Source of the DNA: the human T2T-CHM13v2.0 reference genome, Homo sapiens | DNA: 64,000 nucleotides | Direction: 5' to 3' (one strand) | Assembly (NCBI RefSeq): GCF_009914755.1 | Contig: NC_060938.1 | Part shown: positions 39,347-50,720 of the stretch, piece by piece | Layout of the letters: every line of letters starts with the position of its first letter | How positions within the stretch are numbered: the first letter of the stretch is position 1 | The notes under the pieces: model-generated | The model's input: the letters and a program-made list of their open reading frames with translations, nothing else | Databases searched by the model: none | Told to the model about the DNA's origin: nothing | Made by a program: the position numbers and the translations under genes

Positions 39347-40325
39347 AGAAAGATCTTAATAGACATTTTCTAAAAGAAGACATACAAATGGCTAACAGGT
39401 ATATTCAAAAATGCCCATTACTGATCCTGAGGGAAATGCAAATCAACACCACAATGAGATACAGCTTCCTTCCATTTAGAAGGGCTATTATAAAAAAAAG
39501 AAAAAAAATGCAGGCGAGGATGTGTGAAAAGGGAACACTAACAAACTGTTTATACTGTTCGTGGGATAGTAAACTAGTACAGCCATTATGGAAAACAGTA
39601 CGGAAGTTCCACACAAAACTAAAAATTCAACTATCATATGATCCAGCAATCTTAGTAGTGGCTACACATACAAAGTAAATGAAATCAACATGCTGAAGAG
39701 ATAACCACACTCCCATGGTTCATTCAGTATTATTTGTAATAGCCAATACATGGAATCAACCTAGCTGTCCACCAACAAATTAATGGATAAAAAAAATGTG
39801 CTGTATACACAATGGACTTACTATTCAGCCATGAAAAAGAATGAAATCCTGTCATTTACAATAACATGGATGAACCTGCAGGACATCAGGTTAAGTAAAA
39901 TAGTAAAATAAGCCAGACACAGAAAAGCAAATACCACATAATCTCACTCATATGTGGAATCTTTAAAAAAGAAAAAGTGGACATCACAGAAACAGAGAGT
40001 AGAACAGTGGTTGTCAGATAGGGGAGAGGGAAGGGAAAGATGGAGAAAGGTTGGTCAACAGGTGCGAACTTACAAGTAGGAGGAATAAATTCTGGTGTTT
40101 TATTGCATAGTGATATGACTAAGATTAGCAGTAAAATGTTGTATATTACAGAATAGCTAGAAAAGGGGCTTTTGAATGTTCTCACCGCAAAAAAATAACT
40201 GCGTGAGGTCATGTATGCACTAACTACCCTGACTGACTCATTACACAACATAGATCTGTATAAAAACATCAAATTATACTCATAAATAAGTACAATTAAG
40301 ATGTGTCAAAATATTTTTTTAAAAA
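39347..40325 (+). mobile_element. L1MA-type LINE-1 3' end (~1 kb)
   Basis: ORF2 C-terminus in ORF 39193-39678 ([16 protein letters not shown]...KLVQPLWK), L1MA 3'UTR; TSD aatg(t/c)ctgttgca. Confidence 0.9.
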
Positions 40326-40704
40326 ATGCCTGTTGCATCACTATGTACTCAAGTGTTTGTCAAATGAAGAAATGAACCAATTAATGTATAATTGATCAAG
40401 TTTTTAATAATCCATTCTAGTAAAAAATACACTATTTTTATGTCATTATTTGCAAAATGTGTCCTAATTCTCCCTTAGTTTTCAGTTAACCCCCAAATTT
40501 CAACTTACACTGCCATTTCTTGCAACATTAATACAAAATCAATAAAAAATATAATTTGAATTGAAATCCAGAGTTAATTTATCTATGGAATAATTCATAA
40601 TCTATGGTAAGACCTTCATGTGTTCGGCATATATCCATTATGAGTCTTGTCTATTGATTTTTTACTTGGTTGGACCTAAATTTAGAAAAATAATAATCAA
40701 TTTA

Positions 40705-41050
40705 CTCACACATTCACCAAATGAGTACTGAGAAGAAATGATGCTCAAAGCACATTCTTCACAGTGAAGTAGGAGAAAATTATGAATAGGACACAGGTCC
40801 TATTCTCTGTGGACAAAAAGTTTGTAGGAGAGATAAGACATGCACATAAATAACTACTAAAATACAGAGTTACTAGTGATGACAGGAGCATAGATAAAGA
40901 GCTATGAGAGTTCAGTAAGTTCCTATTGTCTGGAATGATCAGCATCTTCTCTATAAAGAAAGTAATTTTTTGAGCACAAAGTGTTTAGGCAAATGGAGTT
41001 TGGATGTCAGAGAAGACATCCAAATGGGCTAACCAGTTTGAGCAAAGGCG
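40705..41050 (-). mobile_element. L2 fragment
   Basis: cattcaccaaatgagtactgag...atgaataggacacaggtcct. Confidence 0.55.
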
Positions 41051-41189
41051 CATAACTAAGGCTGACACATAAGATAAAATAAATATGAAAAAATGGAACT
41101 GATTAAAAAAACAGCTAATTTTCCTCTAAAAAAATCTATTTTTCCTACAAACACCCATTTAGAAGCTTTATTTCCCAACCTTGTTCACA

Positions 41190-41720
41190 CCCAGATATGG
41201 TCACATGAACGACTTCTTGTCATGGTACACAAATGCAAGTGTCGTGTGCAAATTTCTTCTCAGTATTTTAAATTAAATTGCTTGCCCCGGACTTCGTATG
41301 TTTCTCTCTCTTTTCCTTTATAGGCTGGAAGTTTCTGACACTTGACTAGGCTTCACTATGCATGTGAGAACAATGTGTTAAGGTCACTGCCTCTGCAACA
41401 GTGGCCACCATTCCAGGCCTGTCCTGTGCTGTCCAGTATGGTAGCCACTAGCCAAACAGGTGGCTATTGAAGACAAGTCCTAATTGAGATGTGTTGCAAA
41501 TATAAAATACACACAGGAATTTCCAACACTTAGTATGAAAAAAGAATGCAGGCCGGGCGGGGCAGCTCACGCCTGTAATCCCAGCACTTTGGGAAGCTGA
41601 GGCGGGAGGATCATTTGAGGTCAGAAGGTGTGAAGTCAAACAAAGGATGGAACTGAGGTCCCTGGATGGTTTCCTGCAGCAGAGCCAGCCTAGATCTCTA
41701 AAATCCAGAGTTTATTTTAT
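41190..41720 (+). mobile_element. Old MLT1 (J-like) LTR fragments enclosing a MER33 fragment (41424-41548) and an Alu 5' fragment (41551-41624)
   Basis: MER33 start cctgtgctgtccagtatggtagccactagcc; Alu start ggccgggcggggcagctcacgcctgtaatcccagcac ends abruptly at gaggtcag; MLT-like ggtccctggatg...gcagagcc resumes. Confidence 0.7.
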
Positions 41721-42694
41721 GGCTCTGGATGCCAGCGTGAGTTTAGACTTTTTTTTTTCTGTTTTTATGGTCACTAGGAGGTAGTGGAAGAAGAGACAAA
41801 AAGGCTGCTTACTTTTTTTTTTTTTTTGCACATTACCATGTACCATCATTGTGCTCTTCCAAGTTACTTCACTAGAATTTGATAAGAAGCACTTGTTGGC
41901 AGTTGAGCATATAATGGATTGAAATGAGGATACATGATAATATCAAATCTACTTAATATCATAAATGAAAATATAAAAGAGAACAGAGAGATAAATTGCA
42001 GAGAATGTAGAATCATGGTTATAACAAAGGACTATCCAGCTGCCATAGGAACCTAGGAGATAATGGAGACTGGTTACTTTCAAATTAGGTAATGGAATAA
42101 GGAAGAGGATTTAGAAGACAGAATTATGAATATGGTTTGTGAAAAAAAATACATTCAATGGTGATTTAAACATTCAGAAGATGAACTACCAGGAGAGCAG
42201 GACTGACACATCAGTTTAGAAATCCATTTGCATAAAAATAAATTGGGAAAATAAGCTCAATGTAATATCAATTGTAAAGAGTGTACAAAACAGACCAGAT
42301 CTGAAAAGGAGAGAGAACAAGATTTCACATAGCCATGTTTGATCCTAACTAAAAAAGAGCTGATAAACCTCTCACTTTTAGTCCCTTTCAAGTAGCTATA
42401 ACATGTTGGCTATAAATTATCAGACACTAGAAAAAGAAAGGTTTTGAATAGTGATTTCAACTTGTCCCTAGTGATATAGGTAATGCATTATTCTCTTAGT
42501 ATTTTTCTTTATACTTAAAGAATTCCTCCCAGATAATACTTCTATGGATCTTATCTTCAGTGTCAGAACTGCCTAAACAATTCATACAAAATTTTGTTTC
42601 TGCTGAGATTATGTCAATAACTGAAGAAAATTAAATTTGGGCTTAAGATCTTTCAGTTGATTGCTTGGGTTACTCTTTATACTCTGCTGCAACA

Positions 42695-43130
42695 CAGAAT
42701 CTGAGAACTGAAGCAGGGACTGAAAAAACGACTGCAACTTTAATGTAGTCCAGCTCATCCTCATACATGAATCCCACTATGCCTCTCTTGACAAGTCTTG
42801 CCTCTATCTAAATATCACTGGGTACTTCCTGACATCAGTGAAAAAGAATTCTATTTTTGAATGGCTCTATTTGTTAGGAAGTCTTCCTGATATAGTAGTG
42901 TAATCATTTCCATTCTCTATGGAAGACTTCCAACATAAGGATAGCTACTTTTCAACAAGGCTACAATTCAAATATTCGAAGAAAGTTATCTCTCCTATAA
43001 ATCTTACTTCCAGACTAAATATTTCCAGTTCCTTACACTATTTCTTATATAGCTGTTTGCTCTATTTTTACTATACTGGTCCTTTATTAAGGAGCATGCT
43101 TCCTGTAAAAATATCTGAGTAATGTAGAGT
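42695..43130 (-). mobile_element. L3/CR1-like ancient LINE fragment
   Basis: ggctctatttgttaggaagtcttcct and cagactaaatatttccagttcctt resemble antisense CR1. Confidence 0.5.
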
Positions 43131-43167
43131 TAATTAGTGGCAGCCACATATTTCCTAATTTGCTGAT

Positions 43168-43170
<3 letters not shown>

Positions 43171-43214
<44 letters not shown>

Positions 43215-43224
43215 ATATATATAT
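43171..43224. repeat. (CT)20 followed by (TA)n compound microsatellite
   Basis: Direct reading. Confidence 0.97.
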
Positions 43225-43475
43225 TTGCTACCAGTAGTTTTTCTGAATTTTTAAAAATATGAATGAGAAACAGAAGGGAAAAAAGAATAACACTTACTCC
43301 CATTGTTGTTATAAAAACAAAGTCTCCACGTATAAGTAAGAAAGGTTATTTGTTGCTGTTGCATTGATTGTTTTTGGTGGTTATTTCCATATGGATATGA
43401 AATCTAGTGGGTAGCTTAGATATCCTGACTAGAACAATATAGGAGGCAATAAGATAAACACAGACATGAAAATAA

Positions 43476-43817
<342 letters not shown>

Positions 43818-44289
43818 AAGGAACACACCTTCTTATGAGAATATAGGCAAAGAGTTAAGATGGTTGCAGATACAGACAGGTTTCTATGAAGAAAGTTGGG
43901 TTACTCAACGTTCACACACTTCACACACACAAGAGAACATGAGAAAGTAGCTGCCATTTGTACCAGAATGCCGTGAAAAACAGACATGTCTAGATGACAG
44001 AATTTAGTCTACATTGAGTAATTAAGTAAACTATAATACAAAAAAGATAGAATGCTAGAAGCACCTTTGCTGAGATGGGATGGGATAGTATTGTGCGTGA
44101 GTATATTTTGTAAAACCCTTGAAATGTTTATTCTGGAACTAAGGACAATGAGTTAAAAAATGAGTTTGGAGATCATAAGTGGTTATCCATGAAAGTGGAT
44201 CGGATCATTGAAGGAAAGTGGTATGAAAGCACAGAAGGGGGAAGTGTGGGGAGCTCTTTTATTTGAAGTATGTAGGCAAAAGGAGCTGT

Positions 44290-45201
44290 GCCCAGCAGAG
44301 CACTGGGGGCATGGCTGCCTCCACCTACCTTTCAAAGGATATGACGACCTGGCACAGCCACAGGTGTGGGACTGCAGCCCAGAATAGCTGTGGGACCTAG
44401 ACAGAGAGCCACTGGGGTGGGGGGCCTTCCTACCAAGCCATGTGGATGACATTTTCACCCCAGTGGGCCTGGAAAGCAGAGTATCAAATCAAGAGGATTA
44501 TTCCTAAGGATTAAGATCTCATGAAATTTGTCTTGCAGTTTGGAGTTAGGATCCATTACGTCTTCTTTTCTCTATCCCCCTTTTGGACAGGAAATGTCTA
44601 TCTTATGACTGCCTCCAATGTTTGTATTTTGGAAACATAACATGTTTAATTTCACAGATTCACAGCTTGACAGCAATTTGCCTAGGGATGAATCGTACCT
44701 TGAGTTACATCCATGTCTGATCAAATGATGTTTAGATTAGACTTTAGTGTTGATGCTGGGAAGAGTTAAAACTTTTAGGGCTGTGGGGATGTTAATTTAT
44801 TTTGTGTATGTGAAGAACATGAATTTTGGGGGGACAGGTGTGTAATGCTATAGTCTGATATTTGTGTCTCATGAAAATTCGTACGTCGAATTCCTAACTC
44901 TCAATTGTGATGGTAACAGGAGGTGGGACTTTGGGAGGTGATTAGGCCATGCAGGCAGAGCCCTCCTGAATGGGATTAGCATCCTCATAAAAGGGGCCCC
45001 GGAGAGCTCCCTCACCCTTTCTACCACATAAGGATGAAGCAAGAAGACAGCAGTCTGCAACCTAGAAGAGAGCCCTCACCAGAAACCATATTAAAACCTT
45101 GATTTCAAGCCTGCAGCCTCCGGAACTGTGAGAAATAAATTCCTGTTGTTTATAAGCCACCCAGTCTATAGAACTTTATTATAGAAACCCAAACTAAGAC
45201 A
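44290..45201 (+). mobile_element. MLT1A0-like element: 3' part of internal region (~44290-44845) plus 3' LTR (44846-45201)
   Basis: MaLR internal motifs and polypurine tract, then tgctatagtctga...gaatgggattag...ggaactgtgagaaataaattcctgttgtttataagccacccagtcta...actaagaca. Confidence 0.85.
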
Positions 45202-45504
45202 GAAATATACAGTGAGAACTAAAGAGAGTTCTCCTTGTTTAACATTTTCTAAATAAGACATGAAAAGCCCTTTTAAGCAATTCTACAAACCTTAACTTAT
45301 CTTGGCCTTTAGCCTTTGGATATTAGCTTGAGAGTTCTGCCTAATTTTATTTATTGTGATTGTTTAACTCAATGTCTTAAAAAAAATCTGAGGTAATCAG
45401 AACATCCTTGAATAGTCATGTTGCTGTTTTTAGTTATTCCTCCCCTCCCTTTTCTTCCTGAAATGGAAGACTGATATCACCTAGGTGATATAAGGATAAA
45501 TGGG

Positions 45505-46040
45505 AAGCCTTCCAGTGATTTTCCATTGTGATTACAATAAAATCCAAACTGCTTGTGGTTGTCAATAAATCCTTACAGGAGCTGGCTCCTGTCTCTCTGA
45601 TCTCATCACAGTTAACCTCCCATCAATAGTGATTCTTTCTGCCCTGCTCCAACATATGCCTGCCTGAGAGACTTTGCAGTTGTCATTTACTCAGCCCAGA
45701 ATGGGAGTGCTTTGCTCCCATAGTGTGGATCTCAGCTCAAATGTTTTTTCTTTGGTACAGGCCTCATTAAGTATCTTGGCAAAAACAGCCTTACCTCTAC
45801 AAGTTGTTGTTCTCTATTCTGTTGCCCTGTCTCAACTTTATTATGGCAGATATTGTAATCCACAGTTTTCTTATTTTTATTGGTTTGTGTTGTGTCTACC
45901 AACCTACCTACACATGTTCACTCCATGAAGGCAAAAACTATGTTTCATTCATTAGTGTTCCTTCAGATCTTGGAACAGTACCTATCAGGAAGAAGACCTT
46001 CAGTAAACAAACCTTACTATAATGAATTAATGAATGAAGG
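45505..46040 (+). mobile_element. L2a LINE 3' end
   Basis: aataaaatccaaact, ctcagctcaaatgt, ctccatgaaggcaa, gaacagtacct, (gaat)n tail. Confidence 0.8.
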
Positions 46041-46159
46041 AAGACAACTTACATTTTGGCCCAAAAGAAACCTCATTACTGGTGGAAATGAAATTGAATT
46101 TTGAAAGACTGTGTCATAAGTTCAGCATTAAATATGTTTATAGAAAAAAACATAACCAC

Positions 46160-46415
46160 TTCTAATACAGAACATATCTATTAAATAATTAGACATTTAA
46201 AAATTTATATGATGTGGAAACAGCTAACACATAAGAGGTTCTTGTGTTTACATACTGAATCTATTAAATAAACATTTAAAATTATTTTATATTTAAATAG
46301 TATACATGGAAGAGATTGTTTTGTTTATAACACAGAAAGTATCTATTAAATAACTAAACTGTTTTAAAGTTTCTTTTTGTGGAAACAGTTAATGTGCAAG
46401 AGGGTTGTTTTGTTT
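46160..46415. repeat. Diverged tandem repeat, 3 x ~83 bp
   Basis: tctattaaataa at 46177, 46260 and 46342; tgtggaaacag at 46213 and 46378. Confidence 0.8.
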
Positions 46416-48277
46416 GTTTGTTGCCCTTTTCCTATTGTTTCAATTCTAATGGACTTAAAACAGGACTTATATTTTCCTGAGTATAAAAATTGTTTCGTTC
46501 AAGTTATTATTTAAAATTTTTGTATATTGCACACACCTAAGAGAGGAAAGGTAGCAAATGAAGACAGATACACAGACAAAAACACTTTTAAACTAGAAAT
46601 ATCAATGCAACTGGTAAAGCAGCCAGTTCAGGCAGGAAGTCTATCTTCATTGAATTGAGGAGAAAGGAAGAGCAGGAAGACAGTGAAAAAGGAATGGTGA
46701 AGGTGAACAACTTATGGCAACACAGAGTCAGGTCTACCGCTCAAAGAAACAGGGGTTTGTGTGTGTGTGTATTTAATGTTAAACACTTGCAGGCCTACAT
46801 ATTCCAAATTGCTCTAGCCATTTTGCATACCTAAGCACAATAACCCACAAACAGTAAACTTTGGTTCAGTAAAGTCTTTGTCAAGGATCACAGAGCTGGC
46901 ATGTGCTACTGTCTCATGGGGCACCATGAGAATTACTGAAAACTGCCCATTGAACACCATGCATATCAACTGACTTAGTATTTTATTTTCTTTCTAAGTT
47001 CAGGTGGCATATGTGGACACATAAACATGTTAGAGTGTAAAACGTTTCCTGTTTATATCTGATTTTGATGTCCAACAATGAATTTAAATTAAATAAGTGT
47101 CAGAATTTTTAAAAAGTGACCTTGAAACTACCCATTGTAGCTTTTTCTTCTCATTTTTCTGCATTAGGAAATTTTCAGTAAAATTTTGGGTATACATGAT
47201 AATTTCCTCATTATAAACATTTAATGTGATCTCAATTCAACTGTAGTTCAAAATCACTCATAAAGACTCAAATAGACCCCAGAGTTGGGGGACTATAAAA
47301 TCAGAAATCAAATTCTCCATTTTACTTACTGAAATGGTATCACCTTTCAAATGCCAAAGATTTGAATGACTTATTAAGAGATGCTTTGTTCTATCGACAT
47401 CATAAATCTATCGTAGTCCATGCCAAGGTCCATACTTAATAGTATTTTAACTGTGAAATACTAATTTAAATCCACAGTTCAATGATTTTCTTAGGAGATG
47501 ACAGCATAATCTTGAAATTATTGATGTCAGTCTCTTATAAAGTAGATTCCCTATAGAGCCACTCAAAATCCATGGCTTTTTCTCACTGTGAGGGTGTCAG
47601 CCATCTTTGAGCTAGATGAAAGAATGGGAAGAAAATAGGTCCCATGTTTTATCATCCTCATTTAACACACGATCTTTTCTAGCTCTCAACCAGCATTCAG
47701 AGGTGAACTTCAAAACTCTGCTGCGTTTATACACAATGCCACAAAAAATTGACTAAATAGTATTCAAGGAAACTTTTAATAATATCCTTACATTCCCAAA
47801 GTTAGTTATTGTATTATTTATTTGATGTACACTTCATGTACCTCATCTTCAAGATAAGAACTGTTTCACCATTTGCTATTATATATAGTCATTCCATGTC
47901 AATAGCTTATGCTTTTTTTCTAACAAATCTAAAATACTGATGACTTTTACAGAAACAATGTTTCTTATACAGCAGTGTTACTGAAGTAAAGCTCATGATG
48001 AAAGAAAGCATCACCTTAATAAAATAGGAACTATTACAAATTATATAGGAGAAGTATTCAGTCTAATTGCTCAAATGTTTATTGAAGACTTTCTTTCATT
48101 TTTTTATATGGCTGATACTGTAGTGAACAAAGCAGTAATAGTTTATGTACTAGTGGTGCTTACAATGAAAGAAATATTCTAAACAATCACTTTAATATAT
48201 ACATGGGACAATTTAATATTTTGTGCAAGATCTCCTGATGTGGAAAATGTTGAATCATTTAATTCTTTCCCACGAGT

Positions 48278-48445
48278 ATTTTTAGTGACTTTTCCTACCC
48301 ACTCATTCATCTGGAAGAATGAATGGGTAAATGAGCATTTCACTAGCAATTTTTAGTGATTTTTTTCTACCCACATAGAAAAATAGATAATTTTATTTAC
48401 CCATTCTGGAAAAATGAATGGGTAAATAAGCATTTCACCAGTAAT
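48278..48445. repeat. Imperfect tandem duplication (units ~72 and ~97 bp), each with an inverted repeat
   Basis: atttttagtga...ctacccac and tctggaa.aatgaatgggtaaat.agcatttcac.ag.aat each occur twice. Confidence 0.85.
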
Positions 48446-50589
48446 AGCAGAATCAATCACAATGTAAACATTTCTTCGGATACATATTGTTCCTAAGGCT
48501 AAGAACCATAAATAAATGATAGCTGGAGAGTGAAATTTAAGAAACTAAAAGTACATTAAATTGGCATTCCCTATCATATATTCTGAGTTAAAAATTAATT
48601 GACCTCTGTTTCTAATGCTGTAAAAATTAATATTAAATGGTTTCTCCAAATTCAGTAAGTAACTCACATATGAATCAATTCAACAACATTTATTATGTAC
48701 CTTCCCTCTTTGTGTAAGAACTCAGATACTATTGGAATAGTCTAAGATGAATATGTAACATCTGAAATAATGCAAAAGCTCAACAAATCTTGTTGATTTC
48801 TAGGAATAGGCTAGTAGGCTAAAACATTATGTAGAATGTAGTGACACCGGAGTGGGGAGTTGAAACTCAGAAGTTGACAACAAAGCCACCAACAGCAGAC
48901 TTAACAACAAGGAGTTTTGGTTTTAACAAGGTGACCACCTTGACAGCCTTTTACTGTTTTCAATTCGTTTGTTTTGTTTTTGAGAAAGGTGGAGGGAAGA
49001 CTTACTACAATTACTAGCTGCAGTTGAAGAGAAAACTCCACTTGGCATATTTTTTTTTCTCCTTTAAACAACCGGCCTCATTTTTTAAGTCTAAAAGAGA
49101 GATGGGCAATGCCCCCAAGTTCCTGAGAAATGTGACACTGACGAGCCATCTTTCATTTGTGAGCTCCTAGTTGGACTTAAGAAGCAAGTAAAATTAGATC
49201 AGAAAGCCACTCTAGACTAAAATTAACTCCTGGAATTCTGCCCTTTGAGTTTTCTGTAGTAATAATTGGAGAAGGAGGGGTATTTAGATGTCTCTAATCT
49301 TTGTTTTACAAACAAGAACACAGGAAACTCTTGAGATGTTTTTCCATAAATCACAAACCTATTGACACCAGCCCTGGGACTAGAATGATACCCAGTAATT
49401 CTACCATCAGTATACTTCCATTATATCTCATGCCTTGCAGTCCATTTTATACAGACGGGGTCTTATTTTATACACATATAAAGTAAATTGTCCTTTATAC
49501 TTGAAAGATCACATAGGAATAATAGTCCCAACTAAGGGTGCTTCCTATCCCTCCCCTTATTTTATCCCTCCTCTCCAATGATTAGCAAAAGACAACTCAT
49601 TTATTTCTTTGATACTCTTAGATACTGCTTGTCAGCCAAAACATCTGATTACAAGGGGGTCACATCATGACAATGCTAAGTTCTTTCTTCTTTCCCACCT
49701 CTCTAGATATTCTTATGCCAGCAGGGGACCAGTGGCCCTGTCCCATCTCCTGTGATAAGAAGCTCTGTGTAATTTAAGCCTAGTTATCTCTAAAATATAG
49801 ATTAACTATGTTTTGTCTCTTCATATACACAAAGTTCTACCTTTGTTCCTATGCTCACTTTGTATTTTCTTATAAACTTTACTGAATAAACAAATTAGTT
49901 GAAGAACAGAGTAGAAAAGTGGCTCTGCCAGTCATAGTTAGAAAGTAATGGTAAAGAGCTTTTGCAGAAAAGGAATTTATTTCAGCATTTAGAGTGACTC
50001 CTAGACTTGCACAGCAGACTAGAGAATTACGCCTGGATGAGGGGCTGGCTAGTTGATTATAAAGATGATGCCACAGCAATGAATATTTAAGATGCTTCCC
50101 CTGGCAACATCACAGTAATTTTCAGTAATGCTGCTGGACTCTCCATTTGGTTACCACTACTGTGAATAACCTGTGAATACCCTGCACATATCAAGATGTA
50201 AAGTTCACATCTGATAGGCCAAGCTTGTGTCGCATGTTGACATCACTGCAGTCAGTGAGCAGAATGTCTGCTATCTTTGTATAGAGATCAATGGGGCATT
50301 GCTTCCTGATTCTTCCGGAATCTTCACACACTGAAAATAGAATCAATGACTATCCAGTGGCTGGGTGCCAAATATCAACAAGTACTTAAGACAGAGATGA
50401 GAGGTGAATCTAATCTAACACCCTAGTTAAAACTAAGGGGGTTAGTTTTAACTCTCAGAATAATATGCTCAGCAGTACAAAAAGATAAATAAGCCACGGT
50501 GGGCAAGTCTAGAAACATAAGTTATCAGGTACCACAATATATTTTTAGGAATAAAAAAAGGCCCAACTTTGAAGGACAGTATATGCAGC

Positions 50590-50720
50590 AATTAAGAACA
50601 CAGACTGTACAGGTATAAATACCATTTCTGTCACTTACTGGCTTTGTGGCCCTGGTCAAATTCACTGAGTTTTCTGCACCTCAGTTTTCTCATCTGCAAA
50701 TAGTACAGAACCAATATCTA
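50590..50720 (+). mobile_element. MIR fragment
   Basis: cacttactggctttgtggccctgg...cctcagttttctcatctgcaaa. Confidence 0.7.

Noticed and set aside
46160-46415. Conserved word with variable spacers, superficially CRISPR-like
   Set aside because: Eukaryotic DNA, spacers are homologous to each other, no cas genes; it is a decayed tandem repeat
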